From contig OY968764.1 of NCBI GenBank assembly GCA_963695335.1, positions 544,001 to 608,000 on the forward strand: a DNA stretch of 64,000 bases. Direction: 5' to 3'. Position 1 is the first letter of the stretch. Each line of letters starts with the position of its first letter. The notes under the pieces were generated by a model. That model was not told the origin of the DNA. It did no database searches and was given only the letters and a program-made list of their open reading frames with translations. A program made the position numbers and the translations under genes. Positions 10,424-20,049 of this stretch are shown here, piece after piece. The DNA comes from an uncultured bacterium. Its GTDB lineage: Bacteria; Babelota; Babeliae; Babelales; Vermiphilaceae.

Positions 10424-11692
10424 TTATTGACGTTTATACAATTCCAGAAGAAGGTTTCCAATCAAATAAGTAACATCCTGCGGTATTTCAATAGCATCAC
10501 ATTGGCTAGTATAGTTTTTTATTAAAAACAAATGATAGGAAAATATGTTTTTAATTGTATCTTTGTCCATTACTTTAAAAGGAACGGGAAGAATAACACA
10601 TTCATCTTTCAGTGCGATAATGACTTTTGTTTTATCGGGAGAAAAAGAAAAATCATATGTTTCTGATGGGGGCAATTGTGGGCTTACATGAATAAGTTCT
10701 TTTGTGTCTATATTCCAGTAAGATAATAGAGTATGAGATCCTGTAATCTTTCGCTCAAGTCCCACTTCCTTATCCCACACAATTAGTTTTGATGATATTG
10801 CCAAAATTGAGTTTGAATAAAACACTGTTTTTTTAAACTCTTCATGTAATATTCGATCGTTATAATATTTTGTTGTAAGCTTTTTACATTGATTGATATT
10901 TTGTGAGTTGACTATATAAATATTGCTATGGTAATGATCTCCCTGCGCTATATAAGATCCATTCGGGTTATATTCACAAAAATCTTTGTAGTAACGACCA
11001 AAATTATGGGAAGCACGGGTTTGAGGTAAAAATTCATCAGAATGATTTGTGGGATGATAGGTTGCACCATTTGGATGGACTATGCATATTTCATGTTGCG
11101 TTGGGTTAATGGCGATAATCGGAGTGCGTCCATTATAACCAAAGGAAGAGCTGTCATCCTGATTAGTTATATAATTATATTTTGTTATCTTGTGGTTCAT
11201 TGGAATATTGTAATTTTTACCCTCTGTATAATTTTTAAAATTAGCACGCATTAAAAATATGGTTGTATCATGAGGATCAAATTGTATGCTGGCAATTCTA
11301 TCATAAGGTTGTTCGCAATTGGGTAGAGAACCTTCTACTTTTTTGTTCCAGATATAATCATTTTTTTCTATGTCATAGATATTGATTATATTGTCATAAA
11401 AAAGAGCGAACAGTTTTTGATTGGGATGTATAGCAATTTTTTGATTGCCGATATTACTTATTTTTTTAATGTCTGTGTTTGTTTTTGGATCAACAATGCT
11501 GCATCCATCTTCACCAACAATAACCACATGGTTGTTGGCTAGATATTGCGCATATTTGGGATTTTGTATGCAGGTTATTTCTGCAAGAATGTTTGGTTTT
11601 GTTTCTTTTGGTTTTTCCAACTCCATTGCAAGGGACGTGTTTGCTGTAATGTAAAGATAAGTTATAAGAAAAATGTGAAGTGAATGTTTCAT
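10424..11692 (-). CDS. WD40/beta-propeller-like secreted protein
   Basis: IAIHPN, YNPNGSYIA, SYWNI, FSFSPD; paralogue of 8107-9342. Confidence 0.75.
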   Translation of the reverse strand: MKHSLHIFLITYLYITANTSLAMELEKPKETKPNILAEITCIQNPKYAQYLANNHVVIVGEDGCSIVDPKTNTDIKKISNIGNQKIAIHPNQKLFALFYDNIINIYDIEKNDYIWNKKVEGSLPNCEQPYDRIASIQFDPHDTTIFLMRANFKNYTEGKNYNIPMNHKITKYNYITNQDDSSSFGYNGRTPIIAINPTQHEICIVHPNGATYHPTNHSDEFLPQTRASHNFGRYYKDFCEYNPNGSYIAQGDHYHSNIYIVNSQNINQCKKLTTKYYNDRILHEEFKKTVFYSNSILAISSKLIVWDKEVGLERKITGSHTLLSYWNIDTKELIHVSPQLPPSETYDFSFSPDKTKVIIALKDECVILPVPFKVMDKDTIKNIFSYHLFLIKNYTSQCDAIEIPQDVTYLIGNLLLELYKRQ

Positions 11693-11740
11693 GATATCCT
11701 TTATTTAGTCATTGATGCTGCATAAAGGATATCATTATTT

Positions 11741-12181
11741 TTATTTTTTTATATTGTCTTGTTCTATCACTTCAGCTGGAACGGGAAAAGTAAAATATGT
11801 ATCATCAAGAGCGATGATTACTTTTGGTTTGTTCTGTTTTTTAGTAAAAAAAGCGAAATTTAACTTTGAAGTTGTAGTATGATTTTCCGGTAATTCAAAT
11901 GATGAGCTTGCATATATGTGATGCGTTTTGGTGTCTGAATAATATAACTTAATACTGTTTTTTGCAGGTTTATATTTTAGTGTTGCTACAATTGAGTCAG
12001 AATAGTGGTGTTCAGCCGTTATAGAATATATTCTGCTTATTTTGCTTGGAATAATAGTCCAGTCATCAGATAGGTATTGAGCTTGTTGAGAACGTGTTAA
12101 AGAGATTGGTTTCATAGCGATACAAGATAATGTTGTTATGAGTAGGATAGGGGTGATAAAAAACAGGTTGGTTTTCTTCAT
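11741..12181 (-). CDS. Short secreted protein related to the C-terminus of the WD40-like family
   Basis: KVIIALDDTYFTFPVP resembles KVIIALKDECVILPVP of 10424-11692. Confidence 0.6.
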   Translation of the reverse strand: MKKTNLFFITPILLITTLSCIAMKPISLTRSQQAQYLSDDWTIIPSKISRIYSITAEHHYSDSIVATLKYKPAKNSIKLYYSDTKTHHIYASSSFELPENHTTTSKLNFAFFTKKQNKPKVIIALDDTYFTFPVPAEVIEQDNIKK

Positions 12182-12224
12182 ACTATACTTTCGTTTATGA
12201 CTTTATCATTATAACGGTCAAAGC

Positions 12225-13004
12225 TTAGCACTTACAACGTGCGTTTGTAAGTATGTACTGAAAAACAATGAGCGCAGCAATGATACAGAGCGCTACAACT
12301 TGATGAAATGATAAATATTCGCTAATCATAATTCGGTCTGCTCGCCAAAAATCAACACAAAAACGTTCAACGGCAGCGAGTGTCAAATACGTTGTAAACA
12401 GTTGCCCACTTTTTGTGCAGATGCGCTGTGCAACAAAATACATAAAAAGAAAAATACAAAAAAGAATAGCAGAGCTATACAGTTGTGTTGGATGAATTGG
12501 TGTATTACATGTTGCTAATGTATTTGGATTGGTATATATCACCGCAAAAATGCTGTGTGTTGTAACGCCGTAACAACATCCGGCTAGAAAGCACCCCAAG
12601 CGGGCAATAGATTGGCACAGTGGTGCGTAAATAGAAACAAGATCAAAAACTGGAAGTATGGCCACATTAATTTTTTTGAGATAAAAAGGTACGGTTACGA
12701 TAATACCAATAATACTGCCAAGAATAGAAAATCCGCCTTGCCATAGCGCGAACCAATCATACCAATGTGGATACAAAACTGGCTCTGATATCACTTCTAG
12801 TAATCGTCCACCAACACATCCAGCGATGACCGCGACGATGATGATATCAAGGTATTTATCTTCTAGGTGCAGCTGTTTGAATCTTTTATCGCGGCGAATT
12901 GCGATCACGGTGGTGATAATACCAAGGGCTATGAAAAGGCCGTAGTATTGGATGCCGAAAGGGCCGTGGATATGTAGCAGTTCTGGTGAAAAGTTTAATT
13001 TCAT
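12225..13004 (-). CDS. lgt: Prolipoprotein diacylglyceryl transferase
   Basis: YYGL, GGRL, WQGGFSILG, RLGCFLAGCCYG, HPTQLY, RFCVDFWR. Confidence 0.95.
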   Translation of the reverse strand: MKLNFSPELLHIHGPFGIQYYGLFIALGIITTVIAIRRDKRFKQLHLEDKYLDIIIVAVIAGCVGGRLLEVISEPVLYPHWYDWFALWQGGFSILGSIIGIIVTVPFYLKKINVAILPVFDLVSIYAPLCQSIARLGCFLAGCCYGVTTHSIFAVIYTNPNTLATCNTPIHPTQLYSSAILFCIFLFMYFVAQRICTKSGQLFTTYLTLAAVERFCVDFWRADRIMISEYLSFHQVVALCIIAALIVFQYILTNARCKC

Positions 13005-13025
13005 GAGGGTCTATTGCAGTTTTTC

Positions 13026-13167
13026 TCCGCTCGCCCTGAGTGTTTTTGTCTTCAAAAATGTATCGAAGGGTTTGAGCGGCAAATTAATGATTTTAAATCT
13101 TTTTTATATTGCACCCTTCGATATATTTTACTACGTTTCACTTCGTAAAACACTCAGGGCGAGCGGG
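13026..13167. repeat. Inverted pair of family-A repeats with different central hairpins
   Basis: ccgctcgccctgagtgtttttgtcttcaaaaatgtatcgaaggg and cccttcgatatattttactacgtttcacttcgtaaaacactcagggcgagcgg. Confidence 0.92.
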
Positions 13168-13199
13168 TTGGGGGTATTGATTTTTTTTATTTGGATAGA

Positions 13200-13619
13200 T
13201 TATGACGCTACTGCAGTCCCATTATCAATTATTATTTTATTATCATTATCCCATGAAAATGTAATATTCGCTTGTGTTGCATCATCATTAAGTTTATACG
13301 CCACTGTTTTTGATCCTGCACGTTTACCATTCACAAATGAATAATCAAAGGTTACATTAACAGTTTTTGTTTCTGAAGGAATTTGCAGCGTTGCACCTTG
13401 CGCAATTTCAGTGTTGTTTACAGAAACTTTGAATGAATCAGGATTATATTTACCAGTCCAATGTTTGTACGTGAGCATATCGGGTTTAATATTGTTAGAG
13501 ATGGTGATAGAAGAGGGAGCAGTTGCTGGCTCTGTTGGAGCAGGTAGCTCTGATGAAGTTTCTGTTGTATTAATAGTGAATGGTACAAAAGCAATTAAAA
13601 ATAAGCATGCGAGCATCAT
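13200..13619 (-). CDS. Hypothetical secreted protein
   Basis: 139 aa, signal-like N-terminus, Pro/Thr linker, beta-rich domain. Confidence 0.7.
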   Translation of the reverse strand: MMLACLFLIAFVPFTINTTETSSELPAPTEPATAPSSITISNNIKPDMLTYKHWTGKYNPDSFKVSVNNTEIAQGATLQIPSETKTVNVTFDYSFVNGKRAGSKTVAYKLNDDATQANITFSWDNDNKIIIDNGTAVAS

Positions 13620-13658
13620 GGCGCACTTCCTTTTTTTTAAAAATGTATTGATGAGTAG

Positions 13659-15509
13659 TTAGACTATCATTTTTTCATTTTTTAATGATTTTGTAAAATC
13701 GAAAATGCGGAATATGAGTAATGAGATTGCTGCAGGAGTCATTCCAGGGATCAATGCAGCATGTGCAATGCTTTGTGGTTTGTGCTTTGTCAGCTTTTGT
13801 TGCAACTCTTTTGAAAGTCCTGGTATTTGTGCATAATCAAACTCTACAGGAATCATTAATGTTTTGAACGTAGCACTTTTTTTGATCTCTTGTTTTTCAC
13901 GCGTAATGTATGGCTCGTAGCGCAGTTCTGCGTGAACTATGTGCAATGCACGTTCAGATAAATTATTTATATTGCATTGCAGTAAGTACTCAGCTAATTT
14001 ACTTTTATCAGATTCATCTTGACCAAACGTACGCAACAGTTCCGTGCTACTTTTTTCCGCACGTAGTTGTGCAAGCGTGTCTTCAACAGATTTTTTTTCA
14101 GCTAAGAAATCGTTGTGTAGTTGTTCATCAATCATACCAAGTTCATATGCGCGTGGCGTCAGACGTAAAAATGCATTATCTTGACGCAATAGTAATCTGC
14201 GTTCAGCACGAGACGTGAACATGCGATACGGTTCATCAACACTCATACTCACTAGATCATCAATCATCACACCGATATAACTTTCTGCGCGATCCAAAAT
14301 AAATGGTGCTTTGCCTGCAACTTTTTGATGCGCATTAATACCAGCAACAATCCCTTGTCCTGCTGCTTCTTCGTACCCAGTGGTGCCATTAATTTGCCCT
14401 GCCAAAAAGAGGCCTGGAACTGTGATAACTTCTAACGTTGAGTGTAATTGATTTGGATATACAAAATCGTATTCAACAGCGTAGCCAGCTTTGGTGATAA
14501 TAGCGTTTTCAAAACCGGTAATGGTGCGAATGTATTGCTCTTGAACATCAAGTGGTAATGATGTGGAAATACCGTTCGGGTAAATTTCATCAGAATCAGC
14601 GCCTTCTGGTTCCACAAACACGTGATGTGAGTCTTTTGATGCAAATCTGTGTATTTTGTCTTCAATAGAAGGGCAGTAGCGTGGCCCAATGCTGGAGATG
14701 TTGCCATTATACATTGCTGAACGGTGTAAATTGTTTTTAATCACCGCATGGGTGTTTTCATTGGTGCGAGTAATATAGCATGCGTGTGAGCTGTGTACTT
14801 TGTGAGGATAGAATTCAAAAAGATAGTTAAGATTATCTGGTTCTTGGTATTCCATTTTTGAAAAATCTAAGCTTGATGCAAGTAAGCGTGGAGGGGTTCC
14901 GGTTTTTAAGCGCCCAAGCTTTAAACCAGCGCGTTTTAAAAATTGTGATATGCCAGTCACTGCCTTTTCATCGCGTCTTCCTGCTGAAAAATTCTTTTCG
15001 CCGATGTGGCAAAGGCCATTTAAGAATGTTCCGGTTGTTAGAATAACAGCAGAAGTGCTGTATATTTTTTCCTGCTCATCTTCCATTGCTTTGATTGCAG
15101 ACACCATGTTGTCTGCGTTTAGTATAATATCTTCTACCGTGCCACCAATAATGGTGAGATTTGGCATTTTTTGCAGTTCTTTTTGACTCAAACTGCTGTA
15201 CGCAAATTTATCTATCTGCAGACGTAACCCTTGCACAGCAGCACCTTTTTTGGTGTTAAGCATGCGTGCTTGCAAGTATGTTGTGGTGCACAGACGTGGC
15301 ATAAGGCCACCGAGTGCGCTGATATCATACACAATATGACCTTTGCCAACACCGCCTATGGCAGGGTTACAGGGCATCAGGCCAATTTTATTGGGGTCAA
15401 GGGTGATGAGTGCTGTTTTTGATCCAAGTTTTGCTGCGGCATGAGCGGCTTCTATGCCTGCATGCCCGCCGCCTACAACAACTACGTCGAAATGAGTTAA
15501 TTTATTCAT
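13659..15509 (-). CDS. mnmG: tRNA U34 carboxymethylaminomethyl modification enzyme
   Basis: GGGHAGIEAA, CNPAIGG, RLKTGTPPR, GPRYCPSIEDK, AGQINGTTGYEEAA, EPYRMFTSRAE. Confidence 0.98.
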   Translation of the reverse strand: MNKLTHFDVVVVGGGHAGIEAAHAAAKLGSKTALITLDPNKIGLMPCNPAIGGVGKGHIVYDISALGGLMPRLCTTTYLQARMLNTKKGAAVQGLRLQIDKFAYSSLSQKELQKMPNLTIIGGTVEDIILNADNMVSAIKAMEDEQEKIYSTSAVILTTGTFLNGLCHIGEKNFSAGRRDEKAVTGISQFLKRAGLKLGRLKTGTPPRLLASSLDFSKMEYQEPDNLNYLFEFYPHKVHSSHACYITRTNENTHAVIKNNLHRSAMYNGNISSIGPRYCPSIEDKIHRFASKDSHHVFVEPEGADSDEIYPNGISTSLPLDVQEQYIRTITGFENAIITKAGYAVEYDFVYPNQLHSTLEVITVPGLFLAGQINGTTGYEEAAGQGIVAGINAHQKVAGKAPFILDRAESYIGVMIDDLVSMSVDEPYRMFTSRAERRLLLRQDNAFLRLTPRAYELGMIDEQLHNDFLAEKKSVEDTLAQLRAEKSSTELLRTFGQDESDKSKLAEYLLQCNINNLSERALHIVHAELRYEPYITREKQEIKKSATFKTLMIPVEFDYAQIPGLSKELQQKLTKHKPQSIAHAALIPGMTPAAISLLIFRIFDFTKSLKNEKMIV

Positions 15510-15544
15510 GGTATTCGTGATAAAAAAGTGTGTTTTTTTCTTCT

Positions 15545-15667
15545 CCCGCTCGCCCTGAGTGTTTTACGTAGCGTTAGCGCAGTAAAATGTATCGAAGGGT
15601 TTATCTTATCTGTTTTCCGCATCCTTCGATACATTTTTGAAGACAAAAACACTCAGGACGAGCGGAA
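15545..15667. repeat. Inverted pair of family-A repeats
   Basis: ccgctcgccctgagtgttttacgtagcgttagcgcagtaaaatgtatcgaaggg / atccttcgatacatttttgaagacaaaaacactcaggacgagcgg. Confidence 0.92.
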
Positions 15668-15790
15668 AATACAGCACAAGCTGGAGAAGTTTAAATGATT
15701 TCATGTCAAAATAAATGAGGTGCGTTTTTACAACGCACCTCTTATACATTTCATTGTACTTAATTATGTTTTTTTAGGCAAGAAACCTGT

Positions 15791-16393
15791 TTAGCGGCAG
15801 TTTAGACGAGTTGTTAAACCAGCAAAGAGTATCCAATCAGGTTTAGCACTCCACTCAGTTTTCTTTTTCTGAATCAACTGAGTTAAGATGTCAATTTTTT
15901 TAACAAGGTGTTTATGATCTGCATGGTGAGCTTTAACACGTAATGCTTTAAGCTTTGCAATCATCTCACCAAATATTTTCTCAGTATTAAATTCACGTTT
16001 AATTTCCACAGAGAAATCCGCAGCATATGTAGCGGGTTTACCGTTATATTTTTTGAAAATGTTACACAAAACGTTAAAGTGTTGTGCCACATAATCCATA
16101 AGTTCATCAATTTCTACTGAGATATCGTCATTGTGGCTACGCGTTACTGTTTCAATTTTTCGTTGGAAATCGCGTAATATGGAATCTAATTCTTCCACAA
16201 ACGTGTTATAGGGAGTTTTGTTGCTTGAGTTAAAAAAGCCTGCGAGGTTTTTTTCTGTGGGAATAAACACGTTTATAATGTTATCGATATTTGTAATATG
16301 ATGGTTAGCAAACAAAGATGTAGACGCCATCACCATGAACATTATAACCGCTACCTTACTCAAAATCGCTTTTTTCATTGTATTGTTTTTCAT
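15791..16393 (-). CDS. Hypothetical secreted helical protein
   Basis: 200 aa, signal peptide ending SLFA, downstream hairpin near 15716-15742. Confidence 0.75.
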   Translation of the reverse strand: MKNNTMKKAILSKVAVIMFMVMASTSLFANHHITNIDNIINVFIPTEKNLAGFFNSSNKTPYNTFVEELDSILRDFQRKIETVTRSHNDDISVEIDELMDYVAQHFNVLCNIFKKYNGKPATYAADFSVEIKREFNTEKIFGEMIAKLKALRVKAHHADHKHLVKKIDILTQLIQKKKTEWSAKPDWILFAGLTTRLNCR

Positions 16394-16546
16394 AATAAGT
16401 CCCTCTCAATTTGGGAAAATGATGTTTCTGGCCATATTTCTGATCACACTAACAGTTTACCTGGTTATAGTTCTGCCGTCAAAGGCACCCCAAAAAGCTT
16501 GAATTAATCGCTATTTTCATTATTCTAACTCTTAATTATTCAAAAC

Positions 16547-16577
16547 CCCTGCCCTTCGTAGCCTTGGCGAAGTAGGG
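16547..16577. repeat. Stand-alone family-B hairpin
   Basis: ccctgcccttcgtagccttggcgaagtaggg; related cores at ~21477, ~29620, ~49010, ~63308. Confidence 0.7.
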
Positions 16578-16600
16578 CCAAAATAACCTAGTATAAGCGT

Positions 16601-17665
16601 ATGATATACCATTTATCGTTTTATTTAAAGCAGTATTGGCCGTTTTTCAATGTTCTGCACTATGTAAGTGTGCGTGCAGTGGCCTCTTTGCTCAGTTCTT
16701 TAGCCACTTTTTTGATGTTTGGACCATTTTTTATGGCGATTTCACGTCGCTTTTTCCGTTCTAAGGCCAGAGAATTCACGCCAGAGGCTCATAAAAAGAA
16801 AGATAGCATGCCAACTATGGGTGGGGTGTTTATTTTAGCCATTATGCTTTTAAACACGCTTCTGTGGTGCGATTTAAGCAATACAAAGGTCTGGATATTC
16901 CTGTTTTGTACCCTGGGGTTTGGAATGGTTGGTTTTTGGGATGATTGGAGCAAGATTTCGAGCGATAGGGGCATTTCTGCTTTGACAAAATTGCAATTTC
17001 AGGTTTTTATAGCAACAATTTCAGCCTTTCTTCTTGTTTTTTGGGGTTCTTGTGGTACCCAGGTAGTTTTTCCGTTTTTTAAGCATCTGAGTCCAAATTT
17101 GGGTCTTTTTTTTATCCCTTGGATTGTTTTTATTATTATAGGTTGTAGCAACGCAGTCAATCTGACCGATGGGCTTGATGGTCTTGCGATTGGGTCATTG
17201 CTGCCCAATTTTACTATATTTTCCCTTATTTGTTACTTGGCGGGCCATTTTGGGCTTGCATTATATTTGAATATTCCCTTTGCAGGCACATCTGAAATAG
17301 CTATTATTGGAGCCATTTTGATAGGTTCTTCTTTAGGTTTTTTGTGGTACAATACATATCCAGCGCAAATTTTTATGGGAGATGTGGGATCGCTGGCTTT
17401 GGGGGCAGGGCTTTCTTTAATGGCGATTATGGCAAAGCAGGAGCTTTTATTACCTATTGCTGGCGGACTTTTTGTGGTAGAAACAATCTCTGTGATACTC
17501 CAAGTGCTTTCTGTGCGGTATTTGGGAAAAAGAATGTTTAAGATGGCTCCTATTCATCATCACTTTGAACTGCTTGGGTGGCCAGAATCACGCATCACTA
17601 CCCGTTTTGGCATTATCTCTTTGGTATTATGCCTGCTGACGCTTATTACACTAAAATTGCGATAA
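16601..17665 (+). CDS. mraY: Phospho-N-acetylmuramoyl-pentapeptide transferase
   Basis: PTMGG, GFWDD, NAVNLTDGLDGLA, FMGDVGSL, MAPIHHHFE. Confidence 0.98.
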   Translation: MIYHLSFYLKQYWPFFNVLHYVSVRAVASLLSSLATFLMFGPFFMAISRRFFRSKAREFTPEAHKKKDSMPTMGGVFILAIMLLNTLLWCDLSNTKVWIFLFCTLGFGMVGFWDDWSKISSDRGISALTKLQFQVFIATISAFLLVFWGSCGTQVVFPFFKHLSPNLGLFFIPWIVFIIIGCSNAVNLTDGLDGLAIGSLLPNFTIFSLICYLAGHFGLALYLNIPFAGTSEIAIIGAILIGSSLGFLWYNTYPAQIFMGDVGSLALGAGLSLMAIMAKQELLLPIAGGLFVVETISVILQVLSVRYLGKRMFKMAPIHHHFELLGWPESRITTRFGIISLVLCLLTLITLKLR

Positions 17666-17694
17666 ATTATATTCAAACAATAAAAGGATCATTG

Positions 17695-18303
17695 ATGATT
17701 ACATCTCGTGTGGTACTACTTGCGGTATTATTGGGTAATTGTGTGGTTGTGAGTATGGAAAGTGTACAGAAGCAAGAGATAAGTGTACAGAATGTATTAG
17801 ATACCATAATAGAGTCTCAGTTTCAACGTAAGTTGAGCGATACGGCTTTAGTTGAATTATATCTTTATACTGGTGGCAATATCAATGCGAAAGGAACTAT
17901 ATTTGTCAGTTCAGGTTGGCAAGATATAAAAGGAGCAAATTTACTTATGGTATCTGTATTTTATGATCGTCCAAAGTTGATGAAATTTTTAATTGGTAAA
18001 TATGCGAGATTAGATTGCAAAAATGAATTTGGTGATACGGCATTAATTATGGCAGCAATGACCGGGCGTGCAGCTTTGGTAAGGATTTTATTGGATGCTG
18101 GTGCAGACAAAAATATACGCAATAACGGTGGTAGGACGGCATTAGATGAAGCATATAATTCTCCATGGCGCTATAATTCTTTTTATAATAATAAGGATCG
18201 TAAAATTTATAATTTTCCAATAATGATTAGACTTCTTGAGCATCCTAATCAAAAGAAGGTTCAATATTACAAGCAAATTGATAATATTAAAAATCATTCT
18301 TAA
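17695..18303 (+). CDS. Ankyrin-repeat secreted protein
   Basis: Start at MITSRVVLLAV (AAGGA RBS); GDTALIMAA, GADKNIRNNGGRTAL. Confidence 0.85.
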   Translation: MITSRVVLLAVLLGNCVVVSMESVQKQEISVQNVLDTIIESQFQRKLSDTALVELYLYTGGNINAKGTIFVSSGWQDIKGANLLMVSVFYDRPKLMKFLIGKYARLDCKNEFGDTALIMAAMTGRAALVRILLDAGADKNIRNNGGRTALDEAYNSPWRYNSFYNNKDRKIYNFPIMIRLLEHPNQKKVQYYKQIDNIKNHS

Positions 18304-18410
18304 TTCATATATTGAGCTATTAAAGTGCCAAAATGTGTAATATACATGTTTTGGCATTATTTTTTTTGTGATATGCTTATTGCCGTTTATGATATAAAAA
18401 TTGCGATAAA
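18304..18410 (+). pseudogene. Decayed duplicate of the mraY 3' end
   Basis: 18345-18409 aligns gaplessly with 17601-17665 at 49/65 nt. Confidence 0.8.
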
Positions 18411-18430
18411 TCAATACAATAACAAAAAGG

Positions 18431-19600
18431 ATGATGCATATGTTGTATGCTTTGTTGATGGCAATGATGGTGAGTAGCGGTGTAGTGTTTGGCATGGAAA
18501 AAGAAAAAGAAAGTAGGCAAGTATTGATTGCAAGGCTTGGCGATCAGCCCAATGGAATTTGGGCCGGAGAATATCAAAAGCAGGGTTGGACCATTGAGCA
18601 AGCATTGGAAGATCATAGAACAGAGAATCCATCATTTTATGAGCTTTCTGTCCGAACGGATTATGAGCTTACATCTATTATAGAAAACGCAAGTAGTATG
18701 TTCGAGAGCATTGCTCCAAAAATGAGAGAGTTAGCATGCAAAGATAAATATTGGAAAAAACTTTTAGATAAGGCATATAATACAGAACCTTTGTTGTATA
18801 AGATTAATCGTAGTTTAACGAATTATGCAAAGTATAAAAATGGTTTTGATATGTCTGTGCGCAATGAAGGTCTCTATATTTATTTGGAGATAGCCGCAGC
18901 GCTTTTGGGTACTCCAGGAGCAATTGAATTTGGAAGAGGGTATATTCAACAAGATTCTGCAAAAACAAGATTGAAAAATTTTGTGTTTGGGGTTGTAGAA
19001 TACGGAGATAGTCGACCACATTCTTGTGAAATGATGCTCTCATGGCCGGATGAAGATTTGGATGTGGTGAGAGCTGCTTTAGATATGGGGCTTGAGCCTG
19101 ATATGGTGAGTAATGCTCATGGTTGGACTTCTGAGGGCGTGCCTCTTTTAATAGTTGCTGCAAAGGCTAATAAAGTAAAGGTGGTTGAACTATTGCTTGA
19201 TCGTGGAGCTGATAAAGAAACTAAATACGCGTTTGAAACAGAATATACTCATGATTCTTATGGAAAGGTGCCAAAGTATGTTCGAAGTTATACAGCTTTG
19301 CACGCAGCAGTAGAACGTAAATGCCAAGCTGTGATTGATTTGTTGATAGAGCGAAAAGCTGATATTAACGCTGTTGATAATTTTGGCAGAACTCCGTTGA
19401 TAGTGGCTGCAAAAGATGGATATATGGAAACGGTGGAAAAATTACTTGCGGCTGGCGCTGATAAATCTATAAAAGATGCATTTGATAAATATGCGATCGA
19501 TTATGCAGCAGAAGGCTTACAGAATGAAAAGTTATCAGTTGAAAAACGAGCTGCATATGAGAAAATAACGTATATGTCTTTGTTAAAAGATGTGAAATAG
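18431..19600 (+). CDS. Ankyrin-repeat secreted protein
   Basis: TALHAAV, GRTPLIVAA, GADKSIKD; FG-MEKE leader. Confidence 0.9.
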   Translation: MMHMLYALLMAMMVSSGVVFGMEKEKESRQVLIARLGDQPNGIWAGEYQKQGWTIEQALEDHRTENPSFYELSVRTDYELTSIIENASSMFESIAPKMRELACKDKYWKKLLDKAYNTEPLLYKINRSLTNYAKYKNGFDMSVRNEGLYIYLEIAAALLGTPGAIEFGRGYIQQDSAKTRLKNFVFGVVEYGDSRPHSCEMMLSWPDEDLDVVRAALDMGLEPDMVSNAHGWTSEGVPLLIVAAKANKVKVVELLLDRGADKETKYAFETEYTHDSYGKVPKYVRSYTALHAAVERKCQAVIDLLIERKADINAVDNFGRTPLIVAAKDGYMETVEKLLAAGADKSIKDAFDKYAIDYAAEGLQNEKLSVEKRAAYEKITYMSLLKDVK

Positions 19601-19669
19601 AAAATAAATTTTTAAATGTGCAAAGAGCCTCAAGGTTTTTACTTCGGGGCTCTTCTTTTTATTAAAAGT

Positions 19670-20047
19670 TTACTTTTTTTCGAAAGAACCATTTTGTTTC
19701 AGAGCTTCAATTGCTTGAGGGTGTTCTTGTAAAATCGCTCTAACCATTGCTTCTTTTTTGGTTTGCATAAACTGATGAGCAAATTTTTTTTGTATTTCTT
19801 CGCTAAAATCCATTTGTGAGCTGTAACTGAGTAATGCAAAGTCGAGAAGCACAGTAACTTCACCTGGAACTACGTTTCTGTTGCCAAGCATTTTATCAAT
19901 GTTTGATTTTTCAACAAAATGAGGGATCCCCACTTCAAGTAATCGTTTTTTGAGTTCTTCATGTGAAGCAAGCGTTACAGTGGTATCCATAGCATAGAGG
20001 CCGTTGAGTGTGCTGAGGAGAACTAAAACAGATGTTATTTTGATCAT
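19670..20047 (-). CDS. Hypothetical secreted protein
   Basis: Start at MIKITSVLVLLSTLNGLYA-MD, 2 nt after the permease stop. Confidence 0.7.
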   Translation of the reverse strand: MIKITSVLVLLSTLNGLYAMDTTVTLASHEELKKRLLEVGIPHFVEKSNIDKMLGNRNVVPGEVTVLLDFALLSYSSQMDFSEEIQKKFAHQFMQTKKEAMVRAILQEHPQAIEALKQNGSFEKK

Positions 20048-20049
20048 TA

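Noticed and set aside
12952..13344. 130-aa plus-strand ORF
   Set aside because: Translation of a repeat pair, overlapping two real antisense genes
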